NCBI GenBank assembly: GCA_950097015.1
Contig: CATNEN010000038.1
Span: forward strand, 14,880,001-14,944,000
Direction of reading: 5' to 3'
Length of the DNA: 64,000 nucleotides
From: Macrostomum hystrix
Taxonomy: Eukaryota > Animalia > Platyhelminthes
Shown in pieces: positions 11,901 through 22,978 of this stretch. Positions within the stretch are counted from its first letter, which is position 1; each line of letters starts with the position of its first letter. The notes under the pieces were generated by a model. That model did not search any database. It was not told the DNA's origin and was given only the letters and a program-made list of their open reading frames with translations. The position numbers and the translations under genes are program-made.

Positions 11901-14900
11901 AGCTGATAAAAAAACACGATAAGATACGCTGAGGAATTTGGCACCCTTGCTTACCGTCGGCGGACGGCAGTCAGAGACAGTCAGTCAGTCAGTCAGTCAG
12001 TCAGTCAGTCAGTCAGTCAGTCAGTCAGTCAGTCAGTCAGTCAGTCAGTCAGTCAGTCAGTCAGTCAGTCAGTCAGTCAGTCAGTCAGTCAGTCAGTCAG
12101 TCAGTCAGTCAGTCAGTCAGTCAGTCAGTCAGTCAGTCAGTCAGTCAGTCAGTCAGTCAGTCAGTCAGTCAGTCAGTCAGTCAGTCAGTCAGTCAGTCAG
12201 TCAGTCAGTCAGTCAGTCAGTCAGTCAGTCAGTCAGTCAGTCAGTCAGTCAGTCAGTCAGTCAGTCAGTCAGTCAGTCAGTCAGTCAGTCAGTCAGTCAG
12301 TCAGTCAGTCAGTCAGTCAGTCAGTCAGTCAGTCAGTCAGTCAGTCAGTCAGTCAGTCAGTCAGTCAGTCAGTCAGTCAGTCAGTCAGTCAGTCAGTCAG
12401 TCAGTCAGTCAGTCAGTCAGTCAGTCAGTCAGTCAGTCAGTCAGTCAGTCAGTCAGTCAGTCAGTCAGTCAGTCAGTCAGTCAGTCAGTCAGTCAGTCAG
12501 TCAGTCAGTCAGTCAGTCAGTCAGTCAGTCAGTCAGTCAGTCAGTCAGTCAGTCAGTCAGTCAGTCAGTCAGTCAGTCAGTCAGTCAGTCAGTCAGTCAG
12601 TCAGTCAGTAAACTTACAGGTGCAATTCAGTGCAGCAAAGGCGGCGGAGGCCACAGACCAGGATTCGTTGTTGCTGCTTGAGTAGTTGAGATCCTTCGAC
12701 GAAGGCACGAAGTTTGTGCACTTGTTGCTGTTCCATGGATGATCACAGTCGTGCCACGGCAGCCGACTAGTGAAACTGGCAGCCAGAAAGTAGAGGCATT
12801 GTGCCACCACCACGTTATAGTAGACTGACACAATTAGCGAGACCATCACCATGGCAACGCCGAGGCCTGTGGAATTGATTGGCGCATAATATATACACAA
12901 ATATACGAGAGACAGGTAGAGAAATGGTTGCCGACGTGTGATGAGAAAATTGGGAGAGAAAATTGTGGAAATGCAAGAATTGGTAAGCAAAGGATTTGCA
13001 GAGGATGAGATGAGGGGGAAGGAGGAGGGAGAGAGGGAGGGGGAGAGGGAGGGGGAGAGGGAGAGGGAGGGGAGTGAGAGGGAGAGTGAGAGGGAGAGGG
13101 AGGGGAGTGAGAGGGAGAGTGAGAGGGAGAGGGAGGGGAGAGGGAGGGGGAGTGAGAGGGAGAGTAAGAGGGAGAGGGAGGGGAGAGGGGGGAGTGAGAG
13201 GGAGAGGGAGAGGGAGAGGGAGATGGAGAGGGAGAAGGAGATGGAGAGGGAGATGGAGAGGGAGAGGGAGAGGGAGATGGAGAGGGAGAGGGAGAGTGAG
13301 AGGGAGAGGGAGAGAGAGAGGGAGATGGAGAGGGAGAGGGAGAAGGAGAGGGAGATGAAGAGGGAGATGGAGAGGGAGAGGGAGAGAGAGAGGGAGATGG
13401 AGAGGGAGAGGGAGAAGGAGAGGGAGATGAAGAGGGAGATGGAGAGGGAGAGGGAGAGGGAGAGGGAGAGGGAGAGTGAGAGGGGGGAGTGAGAGGGAGA
13501 GGGAGAGGGAGAGGGAGAGGGAGAGGGAGAGGGAGAGGGAGATGGAGAGGGAGAGGGAGAGGGAGAGGGAGAGTGAGAGGGAGAAGGAGAGGGAGATGGA
13601 GAGGGAGAGGGAGAAAGCGACAGACAGAGGCAGGAGGCGGAGTCGCAGGTGTCAGTGACAGTTGTCAGTCCTAAGGCGGGTAGGTCCCGTATCGCTAACC
13701 TTTGAACAGCGGGCTGATGCGCCAGATTGTCAGCGGGCCGACGCTAGCGAACTGGCCGAAGCTGAGCTCCAAGAAGAAGCAGGGCAGGCCGACCACTGCC
13801 AGCATGAGACAGTAGGGCACCAGGAATGCGCCTGGGTTTAAAAAAATGTAATTCCAGACTTTCATTGCGCGAATAGACAATATACGACAGTAAAATACGC
13901 ATTATTGAATTAAACAATGGTTCGCATAAGCAGTACATTGAAGTTTTTTTAACTGTCTATCAGAAAAAAAGTGACACATGTCACAATTTTAAGCAGACAT
14001 GCTGTTAGCGCCTCTAACAAACACAAGTTAGACAGGTGCATTTAAGATCGACTTGTTTTCTTCTGGACGTTGTTCGTCCCTTTGTGTTGGTCTGGGAGCT
14101 CAGTAGAAATTATAGAAATTCTAAACTTTTCATTACACACGACAAACACATGACAGTCTAGTGAAATTTGCATTGCATATTATAATTGAGAGATCTGATT
14201 CAACTTTTTTCCCCTTTCCTCTCTCCGCTTTCCTGTCTCGCCTTTCCTCTCTCCGCTTTCCTCTCTCGCCTTTCCTCTCTCTGCCTTTCCTCCCTCGCCT
14301 TTCCACTCTCTGCCTTTGCTCCCTCGCCTTTCCTCTCTCGCCTTTCCTCTCTCGCCTTTCCTCTCTCGCCTTTCCTCTCTCGCCTTTCCTCTCTCGCCTT
14401 TCCTCTCTCGCCTTTCCTCTCTCGCCTTTCCTCTCTCGCATTTCCTCTTTCGCCTTTCCACTATCGCCTTTCCTCTCTCCCCTTTGCTCTCTCCCTTTCC
14501 TCTTTGTCCTATGCTTTCTCCCCCATTTCCTCTCTCCTCTCTTCCCCAATCAATCTCACATCTCCGCTCTCTAGCCTTTCCTCTCCCCTTGTAATCCCCA
14601 ATTGCAGAATGGCATCCTGACAGCTGAGCATGAAATTTCAATCAAAGGTTAGTCTCCTCTTGAGCTGAAGTTTGGCGCGTGCTCAATCCCAATCGATTTC
14701 AGAATTCGAGCAGCTAAATAATTGAGCCTTTGCCGGCCTCAAGAGGATTCTCATATCATCGCACGGTGTGCCGCGAGTTCCGAAATGCTCAAATTCCTTT
14801 GACATTAAATGAGCTAGTATCCATTTCGGAAATTCGATTTCCATGTGGAGCACGAGTGAGAAAACTACTAGATTTAATTAGTTTCCTTGCCATAGTAAGA

Positions 14901-17900
14901 CTTCACTGAGCACTACCCACTCCTGCTTTGGCCCAGTATATTAATGAGAATTAGCTATCTTTGCTCATTTTCTGAATATTTGATTTCTCATTTTTGGGAC
15001 TTTTTGCATCCAACAAAGCACACTAGCTTTCCAACCTCCCCTTGGCACACCGCTGACATCCCTATAGCTGGCATTCTTAGGCTGACATTCATATATAGCT
15101 GACATTCTTATAGCTGACATTCTTATAGCTGACATTCTTATAGCTGACTTTCTTATAGCTGACATTCTTATAGCTGACATTCTTATAGCTGACTTTCTTA
15201 TAGCTGACATTCTTATAGCTGACATTCTTATAGCTGACATTCTTATAGCTGACATTCTTATAGCTGACTTTCTTATAGCTGACATTCTTATAGCTGACAT
15301 TCTTATAGCTGACATTCTTATAGCTGACATTCTTATAGCTGACATTCTTATAGCTGGCATTCTTAGGCTGACATTCATATATAGCTGACATTCTTATAGC
15401 TGACATTCTTTTAGCTGACATTCTTATAGCTGACATTCTTATAGCTGACATTCTTGTACCTGACATTCTTAAAGCTGACATCTTATATATAGCTGGCATT
15501 CTTAGGCTGACATTCATATATAGCTGACATTTATATATAGGTGACATTCTTAGGCTGACATTCATATATAGCTGAAATTTATATATAGGTGACTTTCTTA
15601 AAACTGAAATCCAAATATAGCTCGCAGCTAAAATTATTATAGCTGACATCCTTATATCGCTGATGTTCATGATCTATTTACCTGAAACCTATTCTTATCT
15701 GACTCCCTTATAAAGGTTTCATTCATTCAGACGCAGTAACATATCTTACATATTAGCTATCTATTTCTCGTACTTGACTTACAGACAATGTTGTATCATT
15801 AGCAGCTATTGCGCGGCGCATCCGAAGGCTGCGAACGGCTGTTCAGTCCAAGGACTGGGGGGATGCCACACCCACTCTCAATTACCCAGCTAATGCTGTA
15901 ACCCATTTAACAGCTGGATAAACTGAAAGCGATGCAGGGATAAGTGCAGTCTTGCCAAAGGACACAAAAAGTTTCAGTGGATTCGGGAATCGAACCCCCG
16001 ACCTTTAAGTCGTGAGTCCGCCTCTCTAAACACCAGAGTTTTGTAGACAACAGCCAAGAGACAAGGATGTGCGAAGAGGAGCTTGCTTTTAGCAGAATTT
16101 TTATAAAACGTTGATAAAACATGACAGTAACCGTGCAACCAAATTTAGTTTCCTGTAAATTTAAACTAAAAATCCGCTGCTTCAGCAGATAGAGGATATG
16201 TAACCAGTTATTGACAAATCTAATTTATAGTCCGGTTCATCAAGTGGGTGTTTTATGTCACTTTAAGAGTTAGTCATATATGGCACATTTGGCGTGGGAA
16301 GGAAAAACGACCCAAAACTTTTCTGTGCGCACTCAAGCGGATGTCCTAAAAGGAGATAGATTCTGTAGAATAAAAAGAATACATTCGACTGTAGATAAAT
16401 ATTAATAGTGTTGCCACACACAGCTATGTTTATATGATACTTTGCTAGGGCTGCAACAGGAAGACGAGAGATAAGAACTGGCGCTCGAGTATCGGAAAAA
16501 ACTGTCGAACCAGATTAATTCTGAGCTCCAGATAGATGAGGCTCGACAGATAACAGTAGCAAAAGATGATGAGAAACTGATAGGACTTCTGAGATTACAT
16601 TTTACCACCCACATTAATTATTCAAGCAAAATCGGGTCGTGGTTTAACACACACACACAATTGATCAAGTCGAGATGGTCTGGCTTAACACTTCTGGTAT
16701 TATTCTAGCACCAAGTGGGTGGTTTGGTTCACAGCGATAATTTTATAGAAAAGATGGGCCGATTGGCTGGTCGGCTAACACCTCCGACATTTTTCTAGGA
16801 CTTGATGGGGTGTTGTGTTTGGCACCCTGACATTATTGTAGAACTAGATGGGGTGGTGGGTTTAACACCCTGACTTTATTCTAGCACTAGATGGGGTGGT
16901 GGGTTTAACACCCTGACTTTATTCTAGCACTAGATGGGGTGGTGGGTTTAACACCCTGACTTTATTCTAGCACTAGATGGGGTGGTGGGTTTAACACCCT
17001 GACATTATTCTAGAACTAGATGGGGTGGTGGGTTTAACACCCAGACTTTTTTCTAGCACTAGGTAGGGTGGTGGGTTTAACACACTGGCATTATTCTAGC
17101 TCTAGGTGGGGTGGTGGGTTTAACACCCAGACTTTTTTCTAGCACTTGGTAGGGTGGTGGGTTTAACACACTGGCACTATTCTAGCTCTAGGTGGGGTGG
17201 TGGGTTTAATACCCTGACTTTATTCTAGCACTAGATGGGGTGGTGGGTTTAACACCCTGACATTATTCTAGCACTAGATGGGGTGGTGGGTTTAACACCC
17301 TGACATTATTCTAGAACTAGATGGGGTGGTGGGTTTAACACCCTGACATTATTCGAGAACTAGATGGGGTGGTGGGTTTAACACCCAGACTTTTTTCTAG
17401 CACTAGGTAGGGTGGTGGGTTTAACACATTGGCATTATTCTAGCTCTAGGTGGGGTGGTGGGTTTAACACCCAAACTTTTTTCTAGCACTAGATGGGGTG
17501 GTGGATTTAACACCCTGGCCTTATTCTAGCACTTGATGGGGTTGTGAGTTTAACACCGGATATTGTTTTTGCACTTAGTGGGGTTGTGGGTTTAACACCC
17601 TGACATTATTCTATCACAGGACAAGCTGTGAGTCGCAGGCCTTTACCTCCGCCATTCTTGTAGCACAGGTAGGGAAATCGCCACACGTTGCCAAGGCCGA
17701 CAGCGTAGCCAACGCAGGTGAGCAGGAATTCAATTTTACCGCCCCAGGCCGCCCGACCGGCTTGAGTCGCGTCCTGGGGCACCACCAGTTCCAGATTGCC
17801 GGCTAGATCGCATACAACGGTGGGCTCCTTCTTCTTCAGCGGCTGCAGCTCCTCAGATTGGTCAATAGGTGGCTTCTCCACCAGCTGGTTGTCATCGCTC

Positions 17901-20685
17901 TGGAATTTGTGTGCGGGTTGTTTGGGAGATTTTTTGTAAGTCTATTTCGTATTCGGATTTGGGATTTATGTCACCTAAGGGGTATAGGACTTCAGAGTAG
18001 GGGTCGGACTAAGGACTTAAAGGTCGTTGGTTCTAATCCTAAGTAGAGCAATACACGTGATATTTAATTGATAATAATTGCAGGCTGGCTGTGGGCAATG
18101 GCACATCATTTGGTAACACTAGACCCGCAGCCTGCGACGAGGCAATTCTGCACATTTTGCTGACACCGGAGCACACACTCACATACTGTAAGCAGGCACA
18201 CACTCACACAGGTGTGTACATCTGCCCTGACACTCACACTGTGCCTTTGAGGTTGGCCCCAGAGGGCGTAAATTGCACGACAGGCCCCCAAGCCTTCTCT
18301 CCACGGCGGCGCCCCAAATAAATGCTGCCTCGCCGTGGATTCGAACTCAAGTACTTTGGTGCGAGAGACAAACGCGTTGACCGCTCTGCCACCCACCCCC
18401 TCCCCGAACAGCCTATTTACTGACAATCTATAAACGGGGTCTAGTTGCCAAGTTACATTGTTAAAATTTTTAAACACGTGAATTTCTTGGCGCATGTCCC
18501 TAAAAATCTAAAAATAGATATAAACCAAGTACCGCCTATTTAGAAGCGTTACCATAGCAACCATGAAGTTAAGAGCCGCAAGATATTTCTGGCGACTAGA
18601 CTAATCATAGAGTTTCTAAATTAATTGCAAACGCCATATAGGAGTGGTAAAATCTTATACTAAACCAGCCGCATTGAGTTCTGTCCCTAGAGTCATAAAC
18701 TGCTTTTACGAGAGTTTTTTTAAGGTACTCCTATTATTATTTTATTTATTTCTGCTCTGTGTTTGAGTCAGATACCACATGCAAGTGAATAGTAAAAACC
18801 TCATGTTTCCGATAGAGGGGACAAGGGAAGAAATGGGCAAAAATATGTCTAACAAAATAGGAATTGAAGACAAGGGACAGATGAGACAGGAAAGAGATAA
18901 GTCAGGGGAGAGATGAGACAGGGGAGAGATAAGTCAGGGGAGAGATGAGACAGGGGAGAGATAAGACAGGAAAGAGATAAGACAGGGGAGAGATGAGACA
19001 GGGGAGAGATAAGACAGGAAAGGGATAAGACAGGGGAGAGATGAGACAGGAAAGAGATAAGTCAGGGAAGAGATAAGTCAGGGGAGAGATGAGACAGGAA
19101 AGAGATAAGTCAGGGGAGAGATGAGACAGGAAAGAGATAAGACAGGGGAGAGATGAGACAGGGGAGAGATGAGACAAGGGGAGAGATGACACAGGGGAGA
19201 GATGAGACAGGGGAGAGATGAAACAGGGTAGAGATGAGACAGGGGAGAGATGAGACAAGGGGAGAGATGAGACAGGGGAGAGATGAGACAGGGGGAGAGA
19301 TGAGACAAGGGGAGAGATGAGACAGGGATAGATGAGACAGGGTCCAGGACCCGTTGATCACATTACTTGCTGTCTCCAGCAGTTTTGCATAAAGGCACCG
19401 CGCCCTTGTCATATTTAACAAAGCATTAGTTGAAGCCTTTAGTTTCTAATGACAATGAGTCATCGGCATCGTGTGAGAGTGGGTCTTAGTCAGGGTTGGC
19501 ATGAAGCCAGGCTAGCTTATATTACTACATCATATTGTAGAATTTTTACAGTCCTGACAGACTGGTATTGCTAGAATAGCAAAATGCATTTTTGCTCGAA
19601 AAGACCACTTCCGCATATTTAATAAATAAATACCGGAGCCCATATATACGTTACAATAAACATTCCATTGTGTTTTACTCCTCGATAAAAGACAGGTAAC
19701 TAGCGTAAACCTAGTTGTTGTTCAAATTTGAAAACCCGCGGGAGCGTGTTTCGAATATATGGCTGGTTTTATTAAAACTTTTTTCTATTGTGTAATTGTG
19801 TACCTACTTACCCGTTAGACCCTCACAAACTCGCTCATCCATTTCTGGCTAGCTTGCTTATTTAAGCGTAGTTTTAAGTCACGTGGTCTCGCATTGAATG
19901 GACAGAAAGGTCCATTACCGAAACGGGCATTGTATATACACCATTCATTTATGCATAATATATGCGATTTCATTTTTTCTGAGTGACTATAACTAGCAAT
20001 TAAATGCTAGCTAAATTTGGGGAAAGGATATTGTTTCTTGGAAAAAAAGACAATTCTCAGAAAAAATCGGCGATTCTAATGGTAAAGTCAGTGATTCTCT
20101 CAGAGAAAGCCGGCGATTCTCAGAAAGTGTTCGACTCTAAGAAAAAGTCGGTGATTCAAAGAAAACTCGGTGATTCTAAGAGAAAATCATCGATTCTAAG
20201 AAAACTCGGCGATTCTAAGAAAAAGTCGGCGATTCTAAGAAAAGTCAGTGATTCTAATAGAAATTCAGCGATTCTAAGAAAATTCGGCGATCCGAAGAGA
20301 AAGTTCGACGAAAAGTCCGCAATTCCAAGAAAAGTCGGCGATTCTAAGATAAAGTCCGCAATTCCAAGAAAGTCGGCGATTCTAAGAAAAGTCGGCGATT
20401 GTCCGTAAAAAGTTGGCTCGTTTCTATAAGAGAATGCTAAGATAGACTAGGCGATGCTCAGAACGTGTCTCCCATTCTTATGGTCAGTTATAAATAATAA
20501 TTAAATAGGCTATTTACAGAAACCCGACTGACCTCATAGGATTTTCCAACCTCGTAGCCATGGCAACCGCTGCCGCTTGCCTTGCCAACGGAGCCAGCCG
20601 GCGATGGTCGACCGGAGCCCTTGTCTGCCGCCCGGTCCACTTGGTCCAGCGGAAATCCAGTAGAATTACTCGGACTGGTTGGCAT
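2986..20685 (-). CDS. SLC6 (NSS) Na+/Cl- dependent amino-acid/neurotransmitter transporter, glycine/proline transporter-like, 7 coding exons, ~807 aa
   Basis: Exons (minus): 20685-20533 (putative first, lower confidence), 17899-17647, 13831-13700, 12866-12618, 11632-11578, 10671-10062, 3957-2986. All are GT-AG with compatible phases, 2424 nt total. Motifs: [97 protein letters not shown]. Confidence 0.93.
4020..8982. repeat. 32-bp (34-bp variant) minisatellite GAAACAATGGAAGCTGATCGATTGACTGCATA, ~150 copies, in last SLC6 intron
   Basis: Direct tandem copies with few SNP variants; source of the many [10 protein letters not shown] ORFs. Confidence 0.97.
9735..10030. repeat. ~21-bp degenerate C-rich tandem repeat (CCCATTTATCTCACCCCTCTC-like)
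   Basis: Repeated atttatctcaccc core beside the SLC6 donor at 10061. Confidence 0.85.
10738..11530. repeat. 30-bp minisatellite GGGATTTGACAATCAACTTTGTAATCTTGT with interspersed longer variant
   Basis: Tandem copies fill SLC6 intron 10672-11577. Confidence 0.95.
11968..12608. repeat. (TCAG)n microsatellite, ~160 near-perfect units
   Basis: Perfect tetranucleotide run apart from one interruption at its left edge; starts ~8 nt from the SLC6 donor at 12617. Confidence 0.99.
13005..13615. repeat. (GAGAGG)n purine-rich microsatellite
   Basis: Imperfect hexamer run filling SLC6 intron 12867-13699. Confidence 0.95.
14210..14585. repeat. 14-bp pyrimidine-rich repeat (TCGCCTTTCCTCTC)
   Basis: Tandem copies seen directly. 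Confidence 0.9.
15050..15660. repeat. 15-bp minisatellite TAGCTGACATTCTTA
   Basis: Tandem copies; explains the MSAIR and KNVSY ORFs. Confidence 0.95.
15802..16034 (-). mobile_element. tRNA-derived SINE, family A
   Basis: Reverse complement aligns by eye with the copy at 50925-51235: B-box GGTTCGATTCCC, TGTGTCCTTTGGCAAGAC, CCAGCTGTTAAATGGG, GGACTGAACAGC, GATGCGCCGCGCAATAGCTGC. Confidence 0.85.
16640..17612. repeat. 43-bp minisatellite CTAGATGGGGTGGTGGGTTTAACACCCTGACATTATTCTAGCA
   Basis: 43-nt period (16844 to 16887) with degenerate edges; ends ~35 nt from the SLC6 donor at 17646. Confidence 0.95.
18085..18392 (-). mobile_element. tRNA-derived SINE, family B
   Basis: Minus-strand head GGTGGCAGAGCGG (A box) ... 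GAGTTCGAATCC (B box). Body GGAGAGAAGGCTTGGGG..TGTCGTGCAATTTA.GCCCT..GGGCCAACC is shared with 46655-46805. Confidence 0.75.
18870..19341 (-). repeat. 16-bp TCTCATCTCTCC-family satellite (GAGATGAGACAGGGGA on +)
   Basis: Same core as the arrays at 21527, 29293 and 53410. Confidence 0.93.
20050..20402. repeat. ~20-bp degenerate repeat (GAAAAGTCGGCGATTCTAA)
   Basis: Tandem imperfect copies. Confidence 0.85.
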
Positions 20686-21526
20686 TTTGTCCACTACGAG
20701 GTGACTCGTTACAATACCCTTCGCGTCGAAATACAACTCAATAAAATATTATATATCGCCTTGACAACGCGATTACGAATGTGAAATTTGACAGAGAACG
20801 ATGGAGAAAGAGAGCGATGACTTGCCTGTCTATTGCCTGACTGCCTAAAATAGTCATTGGTAAATGTACATCAAATAACAACCACCTCAGTGCGCACATC
20901 TCTGTCTCGGCTTGTCCAATAGGATTTCTCCGTCAGCAGCAAATATGCCATGCTAGCTCTGGGAAGGAAAATTTGGGTTGGTTAGAAAACCAGGTTAGAA
21001 AATGGATAGGAAAATGTGCATTCCCATCCAGTGTACCCAAGACAAGTTCCCTATACGTAGGAGAGAGAGGAGCAGTGTGTGTGTTCGTGGTATTCACTGA
21101 GGGAAAGTGATCCCAAACCACTATATAGCCAAGTATTCCCAGACAGCTTTTAACGATCTATGAACTGAACTGAACTCTATACTGTGTGGAGGCCACATGT
21201 ACTGTAGGGATCTCTGTAACTACAACAGACCCTCCTTACAGGCAAAATTCCTGAATAACAGCCCTCCTCTCACATGACCATTTTTAGACTTCCCAGAAAC
21301 CAATACAAAAAGTGAGGCAGAAAAAACTTTTAATGAAGTTGGGGACTTTGATAAATAGGAAAATGGTAGAAAATTGGGTTTTCGGGAGGCAGTCAGCATG
21401 AGAAAAAACTGATTGGGATTGGAACAAGTAGAAGTATTAGACGTTAAAGAAACTATCATTCATTATAGAATTCGATCCTCTAAGGCGTCGGCAACCTTAT
21501 GTAGCTCGTTTAATCCCGTAAAAACA

Positions 21527-22520
21527 TGTCATATCTCTCCCGTGTCTTATCTCTCATGTGTACCATATCTACCATCCCTCATTTCTCCCCTGTATAATTT
21601 ATAACATACCTCTATCTCTCTCCTGTCTCATCTCTCTCCATTCTCATCTCTCCCCTGTCTCATCTCTCCCTGTCTCATCTCTCCCCTGTCTTATCTCTCC
21701 GTGTCTCATCTCTCCGTGTCTCATCTCTCCGTGTCTCATCTCTCCGTGTCTCATCTCTCCGTGTCTCATCTCTCCGTGTCTCATCTCTCCGTGTCTCATC
21801 TCTCCGTGTCTCATCTCTCCGTGTCTCATCTCTCCGTGTCTCATCTCTCCGTGTCTCATCTCTCCGTGTCTCATCTCTCCGTGTCTCATCTCTCCGTGTC
21901 TCATCTCTCCGTGTCTCATCTCTCCGTGTCTCATCTCTCCGTGTCTCATCTCTCCGTGTCTCATCTCTCCGTGTCTCATCTCTCCGTGTCTCATCTCTCC
22001 GTGTCTCATCTCTCCGTGTCTCATCTCTCCGTGTCTCATCTCTCCGTGTCTCATCTCTCCGTGTCTCATCTCTCTCCTGTCTAATCTCTACCTGTCTCAT
22101 CTCTCTCCTGTCTCATATCTCGCATATCTTATCTCTCATGTGTCTCATCTCTCTCCTGTCTCATCTCTCCGTGTCTTATCTCTCCGTGTCTCATCTCTCC
22201 GTGTCTCATCTCTCCGTGTCTCGTCTCTCCGTGTCTCATCTCTCCGTGTCTCATCTCTACCCTGTCTCATCTCTACCCTGTCTCATCTCTCCGTGTCTCA
22301 TCTTTCCACTGTCTCATCTCTCCATTGTCTCATCTCTCTCCTGTCTCATCTCTCTCCTGTCTCATCTCTCTCCTGTCTTATCTCTCGCATGTGTCATCTC
22401 TCATGTGTCTCATATCTTACATGCTTCATCTCGCTCCTGTCTTATCTCTCTCCTCTCTTATCTCAACTATATCTCATCTCTCCCCTGTCTCATCTCTCCC
22501 TTGTGTCATCTCTCACATGT
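21527..22520 (+). repeat. 15-bp satellite GTGTCTCATCTCTCC with perfect core 21701-22070
   Basis: Tandem copies; explains the PCLIS/MRHGE ORFs. Confidence 0.96.
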
Positions 22521-22978
22521 CTGATCAGTCACTGTTTTAGTACAAAAAAGCGCGATGTAAGAGAAAATGTAATTCAATTAAGGTTCTCCAACTAACGGAT
22601 AGATTTGGTTAAACTCTATTTTTAAACCAAAACTCGTGCGACAAGTTTTAATTCAGCATTGTTTCTGCTGTCCTCATAAAGATTTTTTGGTGATTTTTTT
22701 ATTTATTGTAAAAGTATAGAAAATTTCATGACGAAAAATTATCGATAGATTTGAGGTATTACGTCGACACCAACCTTCAACTTAACCTGGCAATGCGAGT
22801 TATTGTTAATCGTATCGCTAATATTGAACGCACTATGTCTAACACCGAACATCACGTGACAATGACCTTGAACATTGTCTCTGCACTCGAGTCGTTGAAT
22901 TAAACTAACAGGGAAAATTATATGATAAGCTACGCTTGACTTTTAGCCGAGTTAGAAATACCAATAAAACTTCCGACA

